A stretch of DNA of 63,206 nt, filler included, from Kipferlia bialata (Eukaryota): assembly GCA_003568945.1 (NCBI GenBank). It is 5 parts of 5 records of this genome, joined end to end, with 100 filler letters (N's around TTAATTAATTAA, not from the genome) between each part and the next. Parts side by side here need not be neighbours in the genome. Positions count along the whole stretch, not along the records: positions 52,531 to 63,206 come from BDIP01000564.1; 4 more parts are not named here. One strand, given 5' to 3'. Of the stretch, positions 55,501 through 63,206 are shown piece by piece. Under the pieces are notes generated by a model, which was not told the origin of the DNA, searched no databases, and saw only the letters and a list, made by a program, of their open reading frames with translations. The first letter of the stretch is position 1, and the number at the start of each line of letters is the position of its first letter. The position numbers and the translations under genes were made by a program.

Positions 55501-56010
55501 ATGCACCGGCCATTGCCACGTCTAACTGGCCAGAGAGAGTGAGAGTGGCAGTGATAACGGGAGCGAGGTTGGTAGTGACTGCATTGCCGAATGCGTCCAT
55601 GGGGTCTATGTACACTGCCACCTCCTCCCCCACTGATAAGGGTCCAGTGGGTCCAGAGACACTAGACTTGGCGGCACTGAAGGCAGAGGGGACCACTGAC
55701 ATGGTACCGGCATCAGCTATGAAGGCGGAGGTGCCCGTGTACCCCACACTCACCACCCAGTCCCCTGCTCTGGTAGGAGCAGTGGCAGCGATGAGGTATG
55801 TCTGGAAGCTGGACTCATAGGTGGCCTCATAGGAGTGGGACAGGGTGCCCATACTGAGGGTGGCAGTGACTGTCGTCTGGTCCGATACAACACTACCCCC
55901 ACTGTCCCTGAGCACAACACTCATGTCCAGGGTGGTACCAGCTACAACAGTGCTGTCAAAGGAGACAGTGGACTCAGATGGGTCGGGGGAGACAGACTTG
56001 GGTGCATAGC
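52531..56010 (-). CDS. giant internal exon encoding at least 11 tandem ~100-aa Ig-like (filamin/invasin-type) repeats; probable surface or adhesion protein
   Basis: Open for at least 3.48 kb from the acceptor ctcactcccag (CAG at 56013-56011) to the contig end. Repeat motif PD.S.S.V....V.AG..F.V.V.L.D..GN...Y.....Y.V......G.Y.V.V; Ser/Thr/Val-rich beta-strand pattern. Confidence 0.85.
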
Positions 56011-56113
56011 CTGGGAGTGAGGAGTGTGCCTATGTCTTTCGGTCACTATACACTATGAAGAGAGAACGAGAGAGGGGGGGGGGGGGGGGGGGGGGGGGCG
56101 TAAATAGGATAGG

Positions 56114-56524
56114 NNNNNNNNNNNNNNNNNNNNNNNNNNNNNNNNNNNNNNNNNNNNNNNNNNNNNNNNNNNNNNNNNNNNNNNNNNNNNNNNNNNNNNN
56201 NNNNNNNNNNNNNNNNNNNNNNNNNNNNNNNNNNNNNNNNNNNNNNNNNNNNNNNNNNNNNNNNNNNNNNNNNNNNNNNNNNNNNNNNNNNNNNNNNNNN
56301 NNNNNNNNNNNNNNNNNNNNNNNNNNNNNNNNNNNNNNNNNNNNNNNNNNNNNNNNNNNNNNNNNNNNNNNNNNNNNNNNNNNNNNNNNNNNNNNNNNNN
56401 NNNNNNNNNNNNNNNNNNNNNNNNNNNNNNNNNNNNNNNNNNNNNNNNNNNNNNNNNNNNNNNNNNNNNNNNNNNNNNNNNNNNNNNNNNNNNNNNNNNN
56501 NNNNNNNNNNNNNNNNNNNNNNNN
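56114..56524. other. scaffold gap flanked by poly-G runs
   Basis: 411 Ns. Confidence 0.98.
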
Positions 56525-56538
56525 GGGGGGGGTGATGG

Positions 56539-56582
<44 letters not shown>

Positions 56583-56699
56583 AGCAGTTTGGATACATTC
56601 ATGTGGACGTTTGCAGATACAATTGCACATTGCAACAACATACAGCCCCCCTACCTGTCTCTCTCCCCCACCCCCTGGGAGGGAGGGGGGGGAGGGGGA

Positions 56700-57452
56700 A
56701 CGTCCTTGGCGGTAGGAGACACCTTGGTGTACTTCCTCTTGGGCCTGGGGGTGGGTAGGGTACATATACCAACTCATGCCTATACATATATATATACTTG
56801 AGGTGGGTGGGTGGGTGAGAATTTACACCAAACACCATACACAGGAATTAGAATATATATACAGTGAACATATACACACGTCAACCCATCCATACACTCC
56901 CATGTGCATACCTGTGCACCACTGTGCCTGACAGGGTGGTGATAGATAGATATATGTACATATATATATACATATATACATCCTCCCATACCTGTGCACC
57001 GTAGTGCCTGGCAGGGTGGTCATGGAGGCTGGGTCTGGGGTGCCGCCCCCCACCCTCACAAACACAGAGATGTGGGCCGAGTCGAAGTTGTGTCTGGGGT
57101 GGGCTAGGGATAGAGATCACATACTACAGGTGTCCATGTGTGTATGCCAACACCCTATCCCCATCCGCACCTTGATATTGTGTAGCCCATGCCGTTGTCA
57201 CTGACGTACTCGTGTCTGGACACAAGCATGCCTGGGGGGAGAGACGCACAGGGGGATATACAAGGATCCGCAAAACAACTGATACTGATACAAAGTATGC
57301 ACATTCACTTGGTGTGTGAGTCCTGTCTGAAACAGCATTCAGTATCAGCATCAGTGTACACACACCAATGCACATGTACCCATACCTGGTGTGCGTGACT
57401 CCTGCCTGAATGCTATCTGCTTAAGCACAATGTCTGAGAGAGATCTGGGGGT

Positions 57453-57501
<49 letters not shown>

Positions 57502-58805
57502 AATTATCTATAAATACACACATGTACTCACTCTTTCAGACGCTCACTAGGTAAATAATTCACACATATTACACGATTCCCCCTACCCTAGCGTGGGTGC
57601 CTGCTTGTGGCCGATGGATCTGTTGGTCAGAACATGGATCTCATCAGGGTACTGGGGTCAGGGGGGACGGGGGTTGTGTGAAATACATTAGAGACATGAT
57701 CAGAGAGAGACAACACTCATGGCTCTACATCACCCCACCCACCTCGTATGTGACCCCGCCATACTCCGCTGGGAAGTATGCCTGCACCCTCAATGCTAGG
57801 TTGGCCACAGACAGAGAGTCCTTGGCCATGGTGAAGTACAGCCTCTCAAGGCACTTCCTCTGGCTGGGCTTGACATCGAGGCACACAGTGTACTCAGAGG
57901 CTGAGGTGGCCACGTACGCATCCACCTGGTCCTCGCCCTCAGGCCCTGTCTCTCTCTCCCTGGACCCCCTGGGCACCCTGACCCTGGGTATGCCGTCTGT
58001 AGGCACCGTAGGCACTGTGGGGTGGGCATGGGGGTTGGTGGGCAGGAGGGGGGGCTGGGATAGGGGGCCCTGGGTCCTCTCGCCCTCTCTCTCGCCCTGC
58101 CCCTTCTGTGTCTGTGCCAGGGTGTACCCCTCTCCTGAGTACATGGTGCCTGAGAGGGGGGGTCTCTCTGTCCCCGTGGCGTTAGGGCCCATCCAGCCTG
58201 TGCCCTGGGGGGGTGCATCAGAGGCAGGCCTGTCAGTGCGGGTACCCATCTCGAGGGTCTGCATCATGCGCCTGTTCCTGTCTCTCTCTCTCTCTCTCTC
58301 CCTCTCCCTCTGCTCCTCTAGCCCACCCACACCCTCCATGCCGTCTATGCTGGATGAGCCCATACCGCTGGGGGGGATGGAGGGGGGCGAGGCCACGGCT
58401 GTCTGGTGGGTGACCCCTGCCACCCCATGGTGCATGGACAGGTCGAGAGGGGAGGGCAGGGGGAGACCGGCTGGGGGTGGGTATATGCATGATTAGTGTA
58501 CGGCATGAAGTAATATCGTGTATAACAATATATATGCTACCATTCTATCTATCTATATACACAAATAATACCCAGGCCCTACCCATGCTGTCCATAGGCA
58601 CTGAGGGCACTCCCTGGCTACTGGCCTGGGTACTGGCCTGGGTACTGGCCTGGTGCTGGTGCTGGGGGGAGGGCACATAGACACATGGGACACGGGTATA
58701 TATGTGAAAGGGAGAAACATATCCTAGCATAGCCGAGCCTAGACTCACATATAGAAGTGTCAGTTCCTACCCCCCCCCCCCCTGTTCCTTGAGTGCCTGG
58801 GCCCT

Positions 58806-58842
<37 letters not shown>

Positions 58843-59842
58843 CCTTGAGAGCCTGTGGTCCTATGGGCATGATGAGACATAGGTGGGCAGAGGTGAACAC
58901 GTCCTTGATGTTCAGACGGGTCTGGGGGTGAGGGGGTATCAGGGACACATACATGAGGATATATTTATATATATACACTGTATATGTATGCCACCCCACT
59001 CACCCCCTCCTGGTCTATCCTGTAGGGTGCCCTCTGGGTCAAAGGGCCATGGGACGAGGCAGAGTCCACGAGCTGGGGGTGAGGGAGTGGTGGGTGGGTT
59101 AAGTATCGGTACGACATGTATGTATATGGGTATATGTCTCGGGGTATCTGTATTGGAATGGTACACTATACATTGCATTGACAGGCCACCCACCTTGGCC
59201 AGCTGGACCTCTGAGAATGAGTCGAGCACCCTAGCAAAGCGATGCCCACAGGTGCGGGAGGTCAGGACCTTGAGGAGACCCGGGGTCTGGGGTGAGTGTG
59301 CGGTCAGACAGCCTCATATGATACTCAGTAAAGAAACCTATGAATATACACTACCATACACGCCTCATACTTCCTGTCAATGTATATGTATACATACACA
59401 TATAGGTGTACCTTGTATGTCCTGTCGGCATAGGTCAGAGGGAACTTGGCTGGGGGTGGGTGGGGTGGGGAGGGGGAGATGTACAGGGTATAGTTATAGT
59501 GACTGTCAACCACGACAGTGTAGAGACTGCATCATGCCGTACCCTCCACCATGGCTGCGATGTCTCTGCTGTTCAGTTGGGTCTGCCTCACAGGCAGGTA
59601 CATGCGCTGCAGCAGCTTCCGCTCACTGGGCTTGATGTCGACGGAGATCAGGTACTCATGGGGGTCCAGAGGCTGGGGGTGAGAATGGGTGGCGGTACAC
59701 ACACATACTTACAACTCTTGGTGGATTGGGGGTGACGTGCATATATATTCGAAATATCACACATACCAATAGCTAGGGCGAGCCTACTTAACCATGCAAC
59801 AACCTAAGAGAGACACCACATAATGCTCATCGGGAGACAAAA

Positions 59843-59882
<40 letters not shown>

Positions 59883-60113
59883 TTGGGTAGTAGATACTCA
59901 CATCATCTTCCTACTGCTGACTGGTGCCCATGGCACATACACCGGTACCCAATGCTTGGCACCTGAGTGAGGGAGATGGAAGGGAGAGGGGGGGGGGGGT
60001 CATAGATATAGTTACTGTATGTAACATATAGTATGCATAGGGTAATACATATACTGTATATACACACTTCAATCCTCTACTACTCACCTGTAAGTTCTCT
60101 CTCCGACCACCAT
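56700..60113 (-). CDS. hypothetical protein with two copies of an unrecognised ~130-aa domain and a basic PKRKY motif near the 3' end
   Basis: Exons splice in frame: PLDPHEYLISVDIKPSERKLLQRMYLP..TPGLLKVLTSRTCGH..DVFTSAHLCLIMPIG, then a low-complexity linker, then SEYTVCLDVKPSQRKCLERLYFT..YPDEIHVLTNRSIGH..HNFDSAHISVFVRVG, then PKRKYTKVSP. 5' exons and 3' end uncertain. Confidence 0.7.
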
Positions 60114-60642
60114 TACTTGGTACTCCTTGGACAGATAGGATGTGTTGATGTTGGTAACAGTGTCTGAGAGAGGGGCACGTTGGACAGCCAATCCCTCCGA
60201 TTCTCCGATTCTCCGATTTCTCTTGTGAAACGAGTGAAGAGACGCGGTTGAATATCCCGTCCGTCACGACGTCTACCGAATCATATACATCAGTAGAACG
60301 TCAGTAACAGCTGTTGAGAAGGAGACTACTTAGAAATGTCTATTCTTGACCATGGACTCAGATACACCATAGACGTTCTCTCTCTCTCTCTCTCCCCCCT
60401 CAGATACACTATAGATGTGCTACGAGACGGGCCAACCAATCATCAGATGGATGTACATCCAAACACATACATACTCATCGTATCATAAGTGATCTGTCTC
60501 TCCAACCAAATGGACCGGAGTAACCCTCTCCATCTCTCTCGGCCTCCATCTCGCATCTGGTCTCTCTAGCCCATAGGTACACATCTCTCTCTCTCTCCCT
60601 GCTAATATCTCTAGTCCATACTCTCTCTCTCTTGCTGTGTGT

Positions 60643-61395
60643 CTAGTCCATAGCAACATCGGCCTCCTCGTCCCTCTTCTCGGCAACGGCAGAGTCGGAG
60701 AACATGTCTAGGGTGAGACAGAGAGAGACAGAGAGAGACAGAGAGAGAGAGAGAGAGTGTGTGTGTGTACTCACATACATTTATATATATATAGAGAGAG
60801 AGAGTACTCACCCTTTCCAGCTATGGGGGCAGCGTCCAGGTTGGTACGGCCATGGGCAACACCTAAGAGTGAGTGTAATCGACACAGTTATACTATATAT
60901 ATATCATATTCTCTTATACACAAGAATATGATATATATATATATATATATGTAGAGAGAGAGAGAGAGAGAGAGATGTCTGTACCTGGGGCATTGGGCAG
61001 AGAGCGTAACCGCTCAGTCACCATACGGACCTTGTCCTCAATCTGGTGGTTAAAAGGGGTATAGGGGAAGAGAGACAGAAGGAGAGAGAGAGATATATAA
61101 GGACCTTGTCCTCAATCTGAAGGTGAATAGGGGGGTAAGGGGGATGGGGAGGGGGGAGAAAGAAAGAGAGAGAGAGAGCATAGATATACCTGTCTATCTG
61201 TGTTCATGTTCTGGCAGTTACTGGGTAGCACCGAAAGGGTGTAGTCGGGGCCAAAGAACTCATAGAACCCATTGTAGGGGATCTCCTCGGAGAGCTGGCA
61301 GTGAGTGCGATACAGATAATACACATATATAATTACGTTACCAACATATAGTAGTCAAAGATAGTAGTCAAACTGTGGGAGAGGGTGTGAGCGAC

Positions 61396-61432
<37 letters not shown>

Positions 61433-63121
61433 CTGGGTGCCAGCAAGGAGGGCGGTCTCGTAGGTCCAGCACTTGGACACATTCCTGGGGTGTAAGATGC
61501 GTGCAGATACGTATACATCTAAAGAGAAAGATATATATAGAGAGAGTAACACGACAAAGACTTGCTGATGACAATAGTGTGGCGTGAGTACAATGCTATT
61601 TACAACTGTCATCACTAGTTATTGGTAGTATATACATATATATACCTTGGAGTGTACCCTCCCCCTCCCAGGAACAGGGTGGGCAGGCCATAGGAGGCAA
61701 CGGTCTAGAGGGTGAGACGGGATAAGGGTATGGTGATTATATGGGTAAAAGAGGCGAGGGGGGTGGAGAGAGGGAGACAGATAGAGAGAGAGAAAGAGGG
61801 AGAGAGAGGGTGGGGAGGCCATAGGAGGCAACGGTCTAGAGGGTGAGAGGTATATACATAGAGAGAGAGAGGGGGGGGGGGGTATGTGGGTGAAACTGAC
61901 ATGGCGAAAAAGGGGAGGAACACTGGCATATATACATGTCAGTAACAAATAGATGTATCTGTAACAAACCTGCACACAGTCCCCGTGCCCGTTGAGGGTC
62001 AGGTTGAAGGAGCCAAGTCTGGGGTGAGAGGCATCAGTATATATAGAGGTATATGAATGATATGTAACATGGAAGAGGACAACAACAGAACATGTATGAA
62101 TATATCGAGTTACCATTCTCCACCTCAATCTCTGTGCAATTATACTATCACGGGTGACGTTATGATACGTACATAGTATTGAAATAACGAATTACGATAT
62201 AACATGCCCCGTACCTGTCATTGGCCAGGGAGTATATCACTGACGGCACATATATGCATATATATATATATTTACATATATATATATAGTATATCTGAGA
62301 GTGCCTCGTACCTGTCATTGGCCAGAGAGTCAGCACCACACTGCATCACAATGGCAGAGGGTCTGGGGGTGAGACTATAGTAAATGTGTATATGTAGAGA
62401 GAGAGAGAGAGAGAGAGAACAGCATCACAATGGCAGAGGGCCTGGGGGTGAGACATATAGTAAATGTGTAGAGAGAGAGAGAGAGAGAGTCAGCACCACA
62501 CTGCATCACAATGGCAGAGGGCCTGGGGGTGAGGAATTCATAAAGGGAGCAGAGAGAGAGAGAGAGAACATAACCACACTGCATCACAATGGCAGAGGGT
62601 CTGGGGGTGAGATACACGCTAAGGGTGTAGAGAGAGAGAGAGAGAGACGACAGCACCGCACTGCATCACAATGGCAGAGGGTCTGGGAGTGAGATTCACA
62701 TTAAGGGTGTAGAGAGAGAGAGAGAGAGGACATCACTACGCTGCATCACAAATGCATCACAAATGCATGAGGTATATATTGACTTGTATTATATTTTACC
62801 TGTAGTGGTCTATGCATGACTGATGGAAGACTGTCCATCTATATATATATATATATATATATACATCCATATATATCGTACCTGTAGTGGTCTATGCATG
62901 ACTGGAGGATGGGCTTGAACATACCAACAAATGTATTCTACATAAATATATACAAATATATAAATACGTACTACCCATGTATTAACGTATGCAAGACTAT
63001 CTATCTATATAATACCTGTAGTGGTCTATGCATGACTGGAGGATGGGCTTGAACATCCTGCCGTATGTCTCGTCATCCACTCCATCGTCTACATCCACAT
63101 TGACGGAGTAGCCATAGCCAC
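60643..63121 (-). CDS. RPD3: class I histone deacetylase (Rpd3/HDAC1-3 type), 3' half, 9 exons in the window
   Basis: GGYGYSVNVDVDDGVDDETYGRMFKPILQSCIDHYR|PSAIVMQCGADSLANDR|LGSFNLTLNGHGDCVQ|TVASYGLPTLFLGGGGYTPR|NVSKCWTYETALLAGTQ|LSEEIPYNGFYEFFGPDYTLSVLPSNCQNMNTDRQ|IEDKVRMVTERLRSLPNAPG..DVAMD*. TAG at 60645-60643. Confidence 0.95.
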
Positions 63122-63206
63122 CTGGGGGTTAGATAGATAGATATATACATATATATATATATATATATACATAGAGAGAGAGAGAGAGAGAGAGAGAGAT
63201 TCCCGT

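Noticed and set aside
59902..59962. In-frame TAG (CAG CAG TAG GAA) suggesting a TAR=Gln code as in hexamitids
   Set aside because: A perfect GTATGT donor upstream of the TAG keeps the frame, long exons (more than 1100 codons) contain no TAA/TAG, and TAG terminates HDAC plausibly.
18..63206. Most short ORF-track entries (YIYI, SLSL, ERER, PPPP, GGGG-rich, and antisense ORFs over the large exons)
   Set aside because: They are translations of intronic microsatellites and homopolymers, or shadows of real exons.

Overview
Eukaryotic, very intron-rich protist DNA. It is five unrelated contigs joined by artificial 100-nt N44-TTAATTAATTAA-N44 linkers (10138-10237, 18390-18489, 35417-35516, 52431-52530), plus a 411-N gap. 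Exons are mostly 40-130 nt and GC-rich. Introns are (TA)n/(CT)n-rich and end in a branch point fused to the acceptor (CTNAC-N2-6-YAG). This is metamonad-like and suggests a free-living fornicate such as Kipferlia (inference). Genes spliced by hand: a Brr2/SNRNP200 fragment; a class I HDAC 3' half; a giant protein with SIM-like motifs and a divergent Spt16 middle domain; a kelch-like gene; an Ig/filamin-repeat exon of at least 3.4 kb; a protein with an unrecognised tandem ~130-aa domain; and several hypothetical genes. The main discovery is window-wide arrays of 'exon echoes'. Dozens of exons are flanked by 1-7 intronic partial copies, with acceptor+exon-start copies upstream and exon-end+donor copies downstream. 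Many of these copies cannot form a normal exon, yet they differ from the real exon almost only at synonymous sites, are recombinant mosaics, and decay with distance. All gene models and substitution counts were made by eye; no database searches were run.
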